From Azonexus sp. (GTDB lineage: Bacteria > Pseudomonadota > Gammaproteobacteria > Burkholderiales > Rhodocyclaceae): a DNA stretch of 64,000 nucleotides. Positions 40,307 to 53,160 of the stretch are shown in pieces (positions within the stretch are counted from its first letter, which is position 1; each line of letters begins with the position of its first letter). The notes beneath the pieces are model-generated. The model was not told the DNA's origin. It ran no database searches and saw only the letters and a program-made list of their open reading frames with translations. The stretch spans positions 17,885-81,884 of the forward strand of contig JAYREE010000005.1 in assembly GCA_041909105.1 (NCBI GenBank), read 5' to 3'. Made by a program: the position numbers and the translations under genes.

Positions 40307-40828
40307 ATGCCTCTCTTCAAACTCGGTGACAAAACGCCACAAGTTGGCGACAACGCCTGGATCGCCCCCAACGCTACCGTGATCGGCGACGTCCGCCTGG
40401 GCAAGAACAGCTCGATCTGGTGGAACGCCACCTTGCGTGGCGACAACGACCCGATCCACATCGGCGATAACACCAACATTCAGGATGGGTCGGTACTGCA
40501 CACCGACGAAGGCGTACCCATGCACATCGGCAAGGACGTCACCGTCGGCCATCTCGTCATGCTGCACGGCTGTACCGTCGGCGACGGCAGCCTGATCGGC
40601 ATCGGCTCGGTCATCCTCAACCGCGCCGTCATCGGCAAGGGCTGTATCGTCGGGGCCAACACGTTGATCCCGGAGGGCAAGGTCTTTCCCGACAAGGTGC
40701 TGATCGTCGGCTCGCCGGGCAAGGTAGTGCGCGAACTTTCCGACGAGGATGTCGCCAAGCTGAAGAAATCCGCCGAGCACTATGTCGACAACGCAACGCG
40801 CTACCGCAACACGCTGCAAGAACTGTAA
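40307..40828 (+). CDS. Gamma carbonic anhydrase family protein (YrdA-like)
   Basis: Hexapeptide repeats; LRGDND, NIQDGSVLH, TVGHLVMLHGC. Confidence 0.93.
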   Translation: MPLFKLGDKTPQVGDNAWIAPNATVIGDVRLGKNSSIWWNATLRGDNDPIHIGDNTNIQDGSVLHTDEGVPMHIGKDVTVGHLVMLHGCTVGDGSLIGIGSVILNRAVIGKGCIVGANTLIPEGKVFPDKVLIVGSPGKVVRELSDEDVAKLKKSAEHYVDNATRYRNTLQEL

Positions 40829-40832
40829 ACGC

Positions 40833-40855
40833 AAAAGCGGGGCCGCAGCCCCGCT
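40833..40855 (-). terminator. Terminator between the convergent gamma-CA and fliW genes
   Basis: AGCGGGGC-cgca-GCCCCGCT with a 4-T tail on the minus strand. Confidence 0.65.
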
Positions 40856-40876
40856 CGGTGATTCTCGACCATCCGG

Positions 40877-41320
40877 TCAAATTTCGCTGGCCAGATTGGA
40901 CAGCGTAATGTTGGAACGCAGGCTTTCCATGACCTTCTGCAAGCCAACACGCGCCTTGGTATTGATCACCAGCGGCGCGCGCAAGCTCGGCGCGATGCTG
41001 GTATTGCTACCTTCTTCCTTGCGGAAGATAAGTTGCATCACCGCGACATCCTCCGGCGCCGGCTGGCCAAGAAGCTCACTCTCGGCATCGGTCAGCGCCA
41101 ATTCGTAATTGAAACCCAGCGTCGTCGGATCGACGATCTGGAAGGCCAGCATCGGATCGTCCAACGACTGCAGGGTAAAGCTCACGGGCGTGTCGCCAGC
41201 CGCTTCATGAACCAGCGTATAGCGGACGTTCCGCTCGAAACCGACCAAGCCCTTGGGGAAGTTGATGATCTTTTCCGCGCTGACTTCAATCTTGCCGAAC
41301 AGATAGGTGTCGAACTGCAT
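40877..41320 (-). CDS. fliW: Flagellar assembly factor FliW (CsrA antagonist)
   Basis: [42 protein letters not shown]...GLQ. Confidence 0.88.
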   Translation of the reverse strand: MQFDTYLFGKIEVSAEKIINFPKGLVGFERNVRYTLVHEAAGDTPVSFTLQSLDDPMLAFQIVDPTTLGFNYELALTDAESELLGQPAPEDVAVMQLIFRKEEGSNTSIAPSLRAPLVINTKARVGLQKVMESLRSNITLSNLASEI

Positions 41321-41432
41321 GCATCCCTCCTCTTGCCTCGTATAAGTTAGCTTGCCATCCTACCCGGCGGCGGTTGTAATTTCCAGCCGGATTGCGCATA
41401 GTGCACGCCCTTTTTAGTCGTCCGTCGTACCC

Positions 41433-43748
41433 ATGCTTGCTCCGATCGAACACCGCATCGCCGTCGAACTCAACGTTCGCCCTGCTCAGGTTATCGCTGC
41501 CATTACCCTGCTTGACGAAGGCGCCACCGTGCCCTTCATCGCCCGTTACCGCAAGGAAGTCACCGGCGGCCTGGACGACACGCAGTTGCGCACGCTGGAA
41601 GAGCGCTTGGGCTATCTGCGGGAACTGGAAGATCGTCGCTCCGCCATCCTCGCCAGCATCGACGAACAGGGCAAGCTAACGCCGGAACTGAGAGCCGAAA
41701 TCGAGGATGCCGACACCAAGCAGCGTCTTGAAGATCTCTACCTCCCCTACAAGCAGAAGCGCCGCACCAAGGCACAGATCGCCCGCGAAGCCGGCATCGA
41801 GCCGCTGGCGCTGGCCTTGCTCGATAACCCCGAACTGACACCGGACGAAGAAGCCGAGAAATTCCTCAACGCCGAGGCCGGTTTCGCCGACAGCAAGGCC
41901 GTACTCGACGGTGCGCGCCAGATCCTGATGGAAAAGTTTGCCGAAGATGCCGACCTGCTGCGCAGCCTGCGCGAATATCTGAACGAGCATGGACAAGTCC
42001 GCTCGCAGGTGGTCGAAGGCAAGGAAACCGAAGGCGCCAAGTTCCGCGACTGGTTCGACTTCGCCGAAGCCATCGCCGACATGCCGTCGCACCGGGCGCT
42101 GGCGCTCTTGCGCGGCCGCAACGAGGGTGTGCTGTCGGTGACGCTGATGCTCGACTCCGAACTCGACGAAGAAAACCTCAAGCCCGGCCCCAATCCCTGC
42201 GAAATGCGCATCGCCAACAAGTTTGGTATCAAAGCCCAGGGCCGCCCGGCCGATAAATGGCTGCAGGACACGGTACGCTGGACCTGGAAGGTCAAGGTCT
42301 ACACCCACCTCGAACTGGAACTCATGAACGAGCTGCGCGAGCGCGCCGAGGAAGAAGCCATCCGCGTTTTCGGCCGCAATCTGAAAGATCTGCTGCTCGC
42401 CGCGCCGGCCGGCCAGCACGTCACCATGGGCATCGACCCGGGCATCCGCACTGGCTGCAAGATCGCCGTCGTCGACGCTACCGGCAAACTACTCGCCACT
42501 GAGACCATCTACCCGCACGAGCCGCGCTGCGACTGGGCCGGCTCCATCCACAGCATCGCCCGCCTAGCCAGCCAGCATGGCGTCTCGCTGGTTGCCATCG
42601 GCAACGGCACGGCCAGCCGCGAAACCGACAAGCTGGTACAGGATGTGATGAAAAAATATCCGGAAGCCCACCTGCAGAAGATCGTGGTGTCCGAAGCCGG
42701 CGCTTCGGTCTATTCCGCTTCCGAACTCGCCGCCAAGGAATTCCCGGAACTCGACGTCTCGCTGCGCGGTGCGGTCTCTATCGCCCGCCGCCTGCAAGAC
42801 CCGCTGGCCGAGTTGGTCAAGATCGAGCCGAAATCGATCGGCGTCGGCCAGTACCAGCACGACGTGTCGCAGACCAAACTGGCCCGCTCACTGGACGCCG
42901 TGGTCGAAGACTGCGTTAACGCCGTCGGCGTCGATGTGAATACCGCCTCGGTTCCGCTGCTCACCCGCATCTCCGGGCTCAACGCCGGGTTGGCTGCCAA
43001 TATCGTCAATTACCGCGATGCCAACGGTGCCTTCCGGACGCGCGACGACCTCAGGAAAGTGCCACGTCTCGGCGACAAGACCTTCGAACAGGCCGCCGGT
43101 TTCCTGCGGGTGCCAAACGGCGACAACCCGCTCGATGCCTCCTCGGTGCACCCGGAAGCCTACCCGGTGGTCGAGAAGATCATTGTCGACCTGAAGAAGC
43201 CGATTAAGGAAATCATGGGCGACGGGCGCACGCTCAAGGCGGTCAATGCCAGCAAATACACCGATGAACGCTTCGGCCTGCCGACCGTACAGGACATTCT
43301 GAAGGAACTGGAAAAACCCGGCCGTGATCCGCGCCCCGAGTTCAAGACAGCCACCTTTGCCGACGGGGTCACCGAGGTAAAAGACCTGCAAGCGGGGATG
43401 ATCCTCGAAGGCGTCGTCACCAACGTGGCTGCTTTTGGCGCCTTCGTCGACATCGGCGTCCATCAGGACGGTCTGGTGCACGTTTCCGCCCTCTCCAACA
43501 CCTTCGTCAAGGACCCGCATGACGTGGTCAAGGCGGGGCAGGTGGTTAAGGTCAAGGTGCTGGAAGTCGATCTGCCGCGCCAACGCATCTCGCTTACCAT
43601 GCGCATGGGCGACGAACCGGGCAAGGGGCGTAGCCATGAGGCCAGCCAGCAACGTGGAGCACCACTCTCTCGCCAACAAGCCCGCCACAACGGACCCGCT
43701 CCAGCCAACAATGCAATGGCTGCCGCCTTTGCCAAACTGAGGAAATAG
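41433..43748 (+). CDS. tex: Tex family RNA-binding transcriptional accessory protein
   Basis: [58 protein letters not shown]-terminal S1 domain. Confidence 0.96.
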   Translation: MLAPIEHRIAVELNVRPAQVIAAITLLDEGATVPFIARYRKEVTGGLDDTQLRTLEERLGYLRELEDRRSAILASIDEQGKLTPELRAEIEDADTKQRLEDLYLPYKQKRRTKAQIAREAGIEPLALALLDNPELTPDEEAEKFLNAEAGFADSKAVLDGARQILMEKFAEDADLLRSLREYLNEHGQVRSQVVEGKETEGAKFRDWFDFAEAIADMPSHRALALLRGRNEGVLSVTLMLDSELDEENLKPGPNPCEMRIANKFGIKAQGRPADKWLQDTVRWTWKVKVYTHLELELMNELRERAEEEAIRVFGRNLKDLLLAAPAGQHVTMGIDPGIRTGCKIAVVDATGKLLATETIYPHEPRCDWAGSIHSIARLASQHGVSLVAIGNGTASRETDKLVQDVMKKYPEAHLQKIVVSEAGASVYSASELAAKEFPELDVSLRGAVSIARRLQDPLAELVKIEPKSIGVGQYQHDVSQTKLARSLDAVVEDCVNAVGVDVNTASVPLLTRISGLNAGLAANIVNYRDANGAFRTRDDLRKVPRLGDKTFEQAAGFLRVPNGDNPLDASSVHPEAYPVVEKIIVDLKKPIKEIMGDGRTLKAVNASKYTDERFGLPTVQDILKELEKPGRDPRPEFKTATFADGVTEVKDLQAGMILEGVVTNVAAFGAFVDIGVHQDGLVHVSALSNTFVKDPHDVVKAGQVVKVKVLEVDLPRQRISLTMRMGDEPGKGRSHEASQQRGAPLSRQQARHNGPAPANNAMAAAFAKLRK

Positions 43749-43910
43749 CGGTATCTAAATCAGAAAATCATTATTGGCGTATTTACCAATATTTGTTTAT
43801 GTATTTGTTAAATTATCTTGCAGCCTCCTGTACATTAGGAGAAAATCAACAAATAACAAAAAAATAGAAATACATCAATCTAAGAGACTCCCAGGCTACA
43901 GGGATTTGAT

Positions 43911-44117
43911 ATGCGACGATTGCCTTGGCTAACAACACTATTTGCTGCCCCACTCCGGGCTGCTGATACGCTGGGAGCATTGAACCTGGAAAATCTGGGC
44001 AACAACGAAATCACATCGGTTCCGAGAAAACGCCAAAGCCTGAACGACGTTCCCGCTGCAGCATTTGTCATTGCCCCCCCTCGCAACCTGTTAAAACACG
44101 CCCATCGTTCTTTGTAG
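43911..44117 (+). pseudogene. Truncated N-terminal stub of a TonB-dependent receptor
   Basis: Signal-like start, then LNLENLGNNEITSVPRKRQSLNDVPAAAFVI, matching the 'LSLEdLmnieVTSvSK..q.l.daPAAvfVI' plug N-terminus; stops after 68 aa, 25 nt before yfiR. Confidence 0.7.
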
Positions 44118-44142
44118 CGGCACGCTGGAAATATTGATTGCC

Positions 44143-44678
44143 ATGCGCATTTGCCTTTTCAAACGACTGCTCTATTGCTTGATAGCGTTCTGTTTCGCGC
44201 TATCTGGCAGCCTGTCGTATGGAGAAGTGGCCTCCGAGGGGCAACTTAAGGCAGCCTACCTGATCAACTTCCTCAAATACATCGAGTGGCCTGGCACAAA
44301 ATCCACCGTCACCATCTGCCTGTTCGGTCGCGACAGTATCGGACCCTATTTGGCACCTTATGAAGGGCGCAGCATCGCGGGTAAGGAACTACGTTTCCGA
44401 CGCGTGAGCAGCCCCGATCAACTCAGCGACTGCCAGGAACTTTTCATTCCGGATACCGAAGAATCCCGCTTTTCGGCCATCCTCCGTTGGACCGACAGGC
44501 AACCCATTCTGACGATCAGCGACAACGAGTTTTTTGCCCGTGACGGCGGTGGCATTTCTCTGATCAGGCAGGAAGGCCGCCTGCAGTTTGACATCAATAC
44601 CGATTCTATCGGCCGGGCCGGCCTCAAGCCGTCATCGCAAATGATGCGGCTTGCCCGCCAGGTGATAGGGAGCTCACG

Positions 44679-44682
<4 letters not shown>
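44143..44682 (+). CDS. YfiR/HmsC family (DUF4154) periplasmic protein
   Basis: Signal peptide; [36 protein letters not shown]...[20 protein letters not shown]. Confidence 0.9.
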
Positions 44683-47390
<2,708 letters not shown>

Positions 47391-47406
47391 GGCGGAGGAG
47401 ATAACG

Positions 47407-49551
47407 ATGGAAGATCTCGCCACCGTATTGGTAGTTGATGACGAACCGGTAATGCGTACGATTACCCAATCGATCCTGCAGCAAAACGGTTTTGAGGTTA
47501 TTACCGCCGACTCGGCAGAAGCAGCATTTCAGTTGATCGATGAAGGACTATTCCCGGATATCGTGCTGCTCGATGTCCTGATGCCCGGTCTCAACGGTTT
47601 CCAGACCTGCTACCGGCTACGTCAGCAGCAACGTTTCGAACACCTGCCCATCATCATGCTGACCGCACTGGACGACCAAGCGTCGATTGACGAGGCTTAT
47701 CGTAGCGGTGCCACCGACTTCATCACCAAGCCACTGAATATCCCGCTGCTGCCTCACCGCATCCGGTATCTACTGCGCTCGGCAAACGCCTTCAAAGAGG
47801 TTTTCGCCAGCCGGATGACGCTGCTAAACACCCAGCATATCGCTCATCTTGGAAACTGGACGATGGACCCGGAGGGCAACATCGTCACCGCCTCGGCGCA
47901 GTATCTCGACATCATCGGAGAAAACTCCTCCCCCATCCCCGCGCCTCGCCTGCTATTCCGCGTCCATCGTGAAGATCGCGAACTGCTTATCCAGCATCGC
48001 CGCCTACTTCAGGAGGGACAACCCTATCGCCTCGACTATCGCCTGCGCAATCTAACCGACCCGAATACTTGGCACCACGTCCATGAACGCGGTTTCCCGA
48101 ATATCGACCGGGATGGCCGCTATCAGGGTGCGACCGGCTTCACTCAGGACATCACCGAACGAGCCCAGCAGGAAGAGAGAATCCGTGATCTCGCTTGGCA
48201 TGATCGAGTCACCGGGTTGAACAACCGTGGCCGCTTGAGCGAACTAATCGAACGTGAAATCGTCTCTGGCCGCCAGCAGATTTCTCTAGCCGTTCTCTAC
48301 GTCCATATCGCAAGCCTGCGTGAAATCTCGACAGTATTCGGCCAAGAGGTTGCCGATAGTGCCATCCGCGTCCTCTCAGAGCGACTCAAGGAACTACTGC
48401 ACACGCCTGAAAAAATGTGCAACTGTTTCGACAAGGCATGCTTCCTTGCCGCAAAACTGGGGCGTTACGACGAGCACGCTTTCGCCTTGGCAGTGACAGG
48501 CGTAACAAGTGAAGAGCCAATACGCTGCTTTGCCAACACCATCCTGAAGCACTTGTCCGAACCGATGATTCTGCAAGGTCAGGAAACGGTGTTCAAAGTA
48601 TTCCTCGGTATAGCGCTCTATCCGCAAGATGCCCCCGATACCCCTGAGTTGATACGGCGCGCCATGCTGTGTGCAATGCATGCAGCTGCTGGCGATGGCA
48701 GTGACCCCATCAGCTTCTTCGACCCCGAACATGATCGTGAAGCTGCCGAGCGCGTCGCACTAGAGCGCGGCTTGCGCATCGCTCTCGACCAAAGCAGCCA
48801 GCTTGTTCCCTATTTCCAGCCCAAGGTTTGCGCTCACACTGGACAGATTGTGGGAGCCGAGGTGCTGCTGCGTTGGCTGCATCCAGAGCGGGGCATGATC
48901 TCCCCGGCCAAATTTATTCCGATCGCCGAGCAAAGCGGCCTGATCCATCCAATCAGCGAATGGTTGGTTGCCCGTATCTGTGAAACCATTGCCGACTGGC
49001 TAGCGTGGAAACAAGAAATCGGCATGATCAGCATCAATCTTTCTGCGGCAAGCTTTTATCAGCGTACATTGATCCAGTTCATCGACGAGGTGCTTCAAAG
49101 GACTGGTATCCCCGGGAAACAATTGGTCATCGAACTGACCGAGGGAGTACTGTTGCAAAACTCCGACACAGCCAGCCATGTGATCAATGCGTTACGTGAG
49201 CGAGGCATTCGAATTTCGCTGGATGATTTCGGTACCGGCTTTTCCTCGCTCGGCTACCTTAACCGTTTCAACATTGACGAAATCAAGATCGATCGTTCCT
49301 TCGTCATTGACATCGAACGCGACTCTCGCGAACTCGCCTTGGTTCAGGGTATCATCACGCTAGGTCATGCCTTGGGTTTGAAGGTCGTTGCCGAAGGTGT
49401 CGAAACTGCTCGCCAAGCGCAACTGCTACGCGAAATGGGATGCGACATCTTTCAGGGATTCCTTTTCGCAAAGCCCATGCCAGGTGACGAATTCATCCGC
49501 CTTCCGGCTCAGTTATCAGTACCCTCTGAACATCCTGAAAAATTTTCGTAG
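47407..49551 (+). CDS. REC-PAS-degenerate GGDEF-EAL protein (probable c-di-GMP phosphodiesterase)
   Basis: VVDDE...LLDVLMPG...TKP; HDRVTGLNNR; GGDEF replaced by RYDEHAF; EVLLRW, INLSA, ELTE, DDFGTGFSSL, KIDRSF, AEGVE, QGFLF. Confidence 0.92.
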   Translation: MEDLATVLVVDDEPVMRTITQSILQQNGFEVITADSAEAAFQLIDEGLFPDIVLLDVLMPGLNGFQTCYRLRQQQRFEHLPIIMLTALDDQASIDEAYRSGATDFITKPLNIPLLPHRIRYLLRSANAFKEVFASRMTLLNTQHIAHLGNWTMDPEGNIVTASAQYLDIIGENSSPIPAPRLLFRVHREDRELLIQHRRLLQEGQPYRLDYRLRNLTDPNTWHHVHERGFPNIDRDGRYQGATGFTQDITERAQQEERIRDLAWHDRVTGLNNRGRLSELIEREIVSGRQQISLAVLYVHIASLREISTVFGQEVADSAIRVLSERLKELLHTPEKMCNCFDKACFLAAKLGRYDEHAFALAVTGVTSEEPIRCFANTILKHLSEPMILQGQETVFKVFLGIALYPQDAPDTPELIRRAMLCAMHAAAGDGSDPISFFDPEHDREAAERVALERGLRIALDQSSQLVPYFQPKVCAHTGQIVGAEVLLRWLHPERGMISPAKFIPIAEQSGLIHPISEWLVARICETIADWLAWKQEIGMISINLSAASFYQRTLIQFIDEVLQRTGIPGKQLVIELTEGVLLQNSDTASHVINALRERGIRISLDDFGTGFSSLGYLNRFNIDEIKIDRSFVIDIERDSRELALVQGIITLGHALGLKVVAEGVETARQAQLLREMGCDIFQGFLFAKPMPGDEFIRLPAQLSVPSEHPEKFS

Positions 49552-49555
49552 ACTG

Positions 49556-51577
49556 ATGCGCCTTAGATGGAATATCCACCGCTTCGTGTTTGCGACAATG
49601 CTCGCAGCCAGCGGCATATCAAACGCCAACTTTGATGCCATCGACATCCCACTGGAAGACCTCTCGAAGGTAACCATCATTTCAGCGCCAAAATTTGCTG
49701 AGAATTCCGATCAAATTCCTTCATTAGTTTCAGTACTGACGGCCAGCGACATTCGCCTTTTCGGCTAGCGGACACTGAGCGAAGCGCTGCGCTCCCTACA
49801 GGGCTTCAACGTTACCGACGATCACACCTATGCTTACGCCAGTGTGCGTGGCATCTCGCCAGCAGGCGACTACCGGGCTCGCATGCAGGTTCTCATCGAC
49901 GGCATTGCAGTTAACGAAAACATCTACGGTAGCGCCCCCATGGGCAGTGAATTTCCGGTCGACCTGGGCCTCGTCGAGCGCATCGAAGTCATCCGTGGCC
50001 CCAGCGCCTCGGTCTATGGCAGCGATTCGATGTTCGGCGTGATCAACGTCGTCACCCGCAGCGGACAAAGCGTGAGCGGAGGAGAAGCAGGCCTGAGCGT
50101 CGGCAGCGACCGCAACTTCCGTTTACGTACCAGCCTTGGCGGAAACATCGGCGGTAGCGACTTGTTGGTTTCATTTTCCGGCTATGACTCAAGCGGCCGT
50201 GGCCTGGTATTCAATGACACCAATGCCTCCGGCGAAGCACAACGACTGCATGCCATCGGTGAAGAGCAAGGCGGGCAACTCTTTGTGCGCGCCCGCGGCT
50301 CCGATTGGCGAGTCACCCTGATCCACAGCCAGCGTGACCGCACGGTGCCGACCGCGAGTTTTAGCACCATCGCCGATGACAAAGGGCACGTCGAATCCGA
50401 CCGCTATTCATTGCTCGACCTTGGCAAGGATTGGCGGATCAATGCCAAAAACACTTTGCAGCAACGGCTATACGCTAGCGAATACGGTTACGATGGGAAA
50501 TTTCCCTATGATTATTCCGACAGCGGTGGCCCTAGCCGCCTATTCAACGTCGACAAGGCGCGCGGTAACGCTTGGGGACTGGAAAATCGCCTGATCAACA
50601 CCGCCTTGGACAAACAACGGTGGACCATCGGTCTTGAGTATCGAGCCAACACCCGCCAAGACCAACTAAACTACGACCGCGGCGTGGGTTGTTACGATAG
50701 CTCTGCGGGAACCTCAAGCGGCAGTCCCTGCCTTGATGACCGGCGTAACAATCACATTTTCACCCTATACGCTCAGGATGAAATTCAGGTCGGTGAGGCA
50801 AATACCCTGATCGTGGGAGCCCGGCATGACCGCGTCAGTGACAGCGGGAATTTCTGGAGTCCACGCCTGGGCTTGATCCATGATGCCGGTGCTCTGGGTT
50901 TGTTCAAACTGCTCTACGGTACGGCTTTCCGCACCCCCTCGCCCTACGAACGTGCCTACATCACGCCATCCTATAGCTACGGCGACCCCGGCATTGGCCC
51001 GGAACGGCTGAAATCCCTCGAACTAACTTGGGAAAAACGTTTCTCCAACCTCGCCAAAATCAGTGCAACCGCCTACTCGATGCGCATAGATGGCCTGGTC
51101 ACCGTAAACCCCGACACCGGTATCGTTGCCAACGAAACCCCGGTTCGCGCCAATGGCCTTGAACTCGGCTATGAACAACGCTGGACGAACGGCGTCCAGC
51201 TACGCGGCAGTGTGTCGACGCAATACGCCGCAAGTGACGCCGGCCGCCTAGATAACTCGCCGCGCCACATGGCCAAGCTCAACGTTGGCTTGCCGACTGG
51301 AATCGCCGGGTTGATGGCCGGCCTTGAAAGCCAATGGATAGGCGAACGTCTGGCTAACTACGGTAGTGAAAAGGTCAGCCCATACCTTTTGACCAATCTG
51401 AATTTCTCCTATGCCCCGCTTGGCAGCAATTGGGAGACAGGCTTGGGAATCTACAACCTGTTCGATCGGCGCTACACAGATCCTGTCTCACCGGACGAAC
51501 CCACTACCGGTATTACCCGTTGGTCGATGCCGCAACTGGGACGCAGCATTCAGCTGCGGACTCTAATTCGTTTTTGA
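49556..51577 (+). pseudogene. TonB-dependent receptor interrupted by an in-frame TAG at 49766-49768
   Basis: Track ORFs 49388..49768 and 49844..51577 share one frame. Joined: MRLRW...PLEDL...DIRLFG*RTLSEALRSL...RMQVLIDG...VERIEVIRGPSASVYG...C-terminal F. The stop sits where Trp (TGG) is expected. Confidence 0.88.
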
Positions 51578-51604
51578 TTGAAACATTCGTAATCGCCCCG
51601 CAAC

Positions 51605-51640
51605 AACAAAAAGGCCTCGGAAAACCGAGGCCTTTTTGTT
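51605..51640. terminator. Bidirectional intrinsic terminator
   Basis: AACAAAAAGGCCTCGG-aaaa-CCGAGGCCTTTTTGTT, a perfect 16-bp stem. Confidence 0.9.
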
Positions 51641-51644
51641 TTCT

Positions 51645-51665
51645 ATCCTGGTGGAAATGGGGGGA
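51645..51665 (-). repeat. Degenerate direct repeat of the tRNA-Ser 3' end (att-like)
   Basis: ATCCTGGTGGAAATGGGGGGA (51645-51665) vs ATCCTGGCGGAGAGGGGGGGA (52506-52526), 18/21 identical, same orientation. Confidence 0.55.
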
Positions 51666-51867
51666 CACTCCGCTAACGACACAAAAACCTACTGATTTCC
51701 TCCTTGGCGAAATAATTCCGACACTCTTGGAGTTTTGTCCAGACATTGAGAGTAAGAGGTGAAGCCTCTGGATCATCCTTTACACGGACGTCGGATGATC
51801 AGTTTTATAGATAGTCGTCAGCTTAGCGCTCCCTCCCAAATGAAAAAAATGACTATCAAGTCTTGAC

Positions 51868-52117
51868 TTATTCACACTTGTTACAGATTGACACATGCGT
51901 GAGGCGAGCTAGATTTCGCCACTTGACAAATCCTCAAAATCGCCTGGAAACCGCACAAAATCAGGGCTATACGGGTGTGCCTTTTATTACAGCACCGTAA
52001 TAGAAACCCATGCGGGACGCAGGTTTAACACATATTTACAGGACTAACTCACAGCGTTATCCACAGGTTTTGTGGACAACTCAAAAAGTCCTTTAGGACT
52101 CATGTGTTTATGTATAA
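51868..52117. promoter_or_regulatory. Cluster of DnaA-box-like 9-mers in an AT-rich spacer
   Basis: TTATTCACA (51868), TTATCCACA (52057), inverted TGTGGACAA (52071) and a 1-mismatch TATGTATAA (52109) against TTWTNCACA. Confidence 0.5.
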
Positions 52118-52452
52118 GAGTTCAGCAATAGCTAAAGCAATTTGCTGTTAGCCATTGATCAAATCCTCCACCCTAAGAACATCCAGTGACAAGGGAGAAG
52201 GATTACGCCGCTCAACTACGCCTTCCTAAAAGCTTTCAGAAATGCTTTCGGATGCTTATGGAAGCGAATATGACCTCCGGCATTTAAACGGCGACGAGAC
52301 TCAGTAAACGGCGGGAGGATAGCCCCCGTGATGTCACTAGAGCCAATCCTCATGATCAAACTATGCAATATCAATAGACCATATGTTCGTCATCGGGAAT
52401 AAGACATACTTTCTTGGAAGAAAACATAGCCGCCTGGATGTGGTAAATGCAA

Positions 52453-52500
52453 AAAGCCCGACTTCTTTAACCTGTTGATTAGATAAAGAAATCGGGCCTT
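52453..52500 (-). terminator. Hairpin immediately downstream of tRNA-Ser (terminator and/or att-arm structure)
   Basis: AAAGCCCGACTTCTTTA / TAAAGAAATCGGGCCTT, 15/17 inverted repeat; 5-T tail on the minus strand; AACCTGTTGATT spans the stem-loop junction. Confidence 0.65.
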
Positions 52501-52509
52501 GCTGAATCC

Positions 52510-52600
52510 TGGCGGAGAGGGGGGGATTCGAACCCCCGATAGGCTATTAACCTATACACGCTTTCCAGGCGTGCGACTTAAACCACTCATCCACCTCTCC
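52510..52600 (-). tRNA. tRNA-Ser (anticodon GGA)
   Basis: Reverse complement GGAGAGGTGGATGAGTGGTTTAAGTCGCACGC-CTGGAAA-GCGTG...GGTTCGAATCCCCCCCTCTCCGCCA; 91 nt, long variable arm. Confidence 0.97.
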
Positions 52601-52635
52601 GGGAGCCGCGCATTATAGCAGGCTTGTGCCCCGAG

Positions 52636-52902
52636 TCAAACGAATCTTCGTAGAAAAGCGAGCGAAAGCCACAGCATGAGCAGAATGCCGAAGGTCAGGC
52701 CATTGATAAATCCTTGGCTGCACCCCTTGGGCAGGATTCTGGTGACTAGCCTAATCGGGCCGGCTGTAAGCAACTTGAACAAACGATAGATGGGATTGGT
52801 CTCACGCCCACTGCCGGCCAACACGAACAGGATGCCTTGACCGATCAGGCATAAACCGAGCATCTCGATTACCGCGCGTAAAGCGCTGAGCAGGAAAGCC
52901 AT
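52636..52902 (-). CDS. Small hypothetical membrane protein (88 aa)
   Basis: Two hydrophobic segments around GRETNPIYRLF; last gene of the symporter operon. Confidence 0.65.
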   Translation of the reverse strand: MAFLLSALRAVIEMLGLCLIGQGILFVLAGSGRETNPIYRLFKLLTAGPIRLVTRILPKGCSQGFINGLTFGILLMLWLSLAFLRRFV

Positions 52903-52911
52903 CCCTTTGGG

Positions 52912-53160
52912 CTACTCGTCGTCAATGCCGAATTCGGCATCCAGTTTTTTCATCCGCCGGTTGTAGTACCAGATGATCAACAGGTAGATGACAAGAACGC
53001 CCTGTGCCGCCATGTAGAAGCCAAGAGGAAAACCAACGAAGATGTACTCGTTCAGTTCGCGGGCAAACCAATTTACCCCGAAGGTAACCAGCAACCAGAA
53101 GGCCAGCAGGCCGACGGTCAGGCGCCGGGTATGCCGCCAGTAGTTGTCAGGGCGTGCCAT
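52912..53160 (-). CDS. DUF4212 small membrane subunit associated with sodium:solute symporters
   Basis: YWRHTRRL, WFLVTFG, GFPLGFYMAAQG, YNRRMKKLDAEFG. Confidence 0.9.
   Translation of the reverse strand: MARPDNYWRHTRRLTVGLLAFWLLVTFGVNWFARELNEYIFVGFPLGFYMAAQGVLVIYLLIIWYYNRRMKKLDAEFGIDDE

Noticed and set aside
49766-49768. Programmed recoding (pyrrolysine or selenocysteine) of the TBDR internal stop, prompted by mnmH in the window
   Set aside because: The codon is TAG, not TGA; no pyl genes are seen; the position corresponds to Trp, one transition away. MnmH modifies tRNA and does not recode stops.
52030-52445. CsrB/RsmZ-like sRNA (about 12 GGA motifs, with fliW in the window)
   Set aside because: The enrichment is only about twofold over chance by rough estimate, the GGAs are not clearly in repeated hairpin loops, and no matching plus-strand promoter-terminator pair was identified.
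51650-52500. Chromosomal oriC
   Set aside because: Only 3-4 DnaA boxes, no clear tandem DUE repeats, and none of the usual origin-flanking genes. Kept only as a possible non-origin DnaA site.
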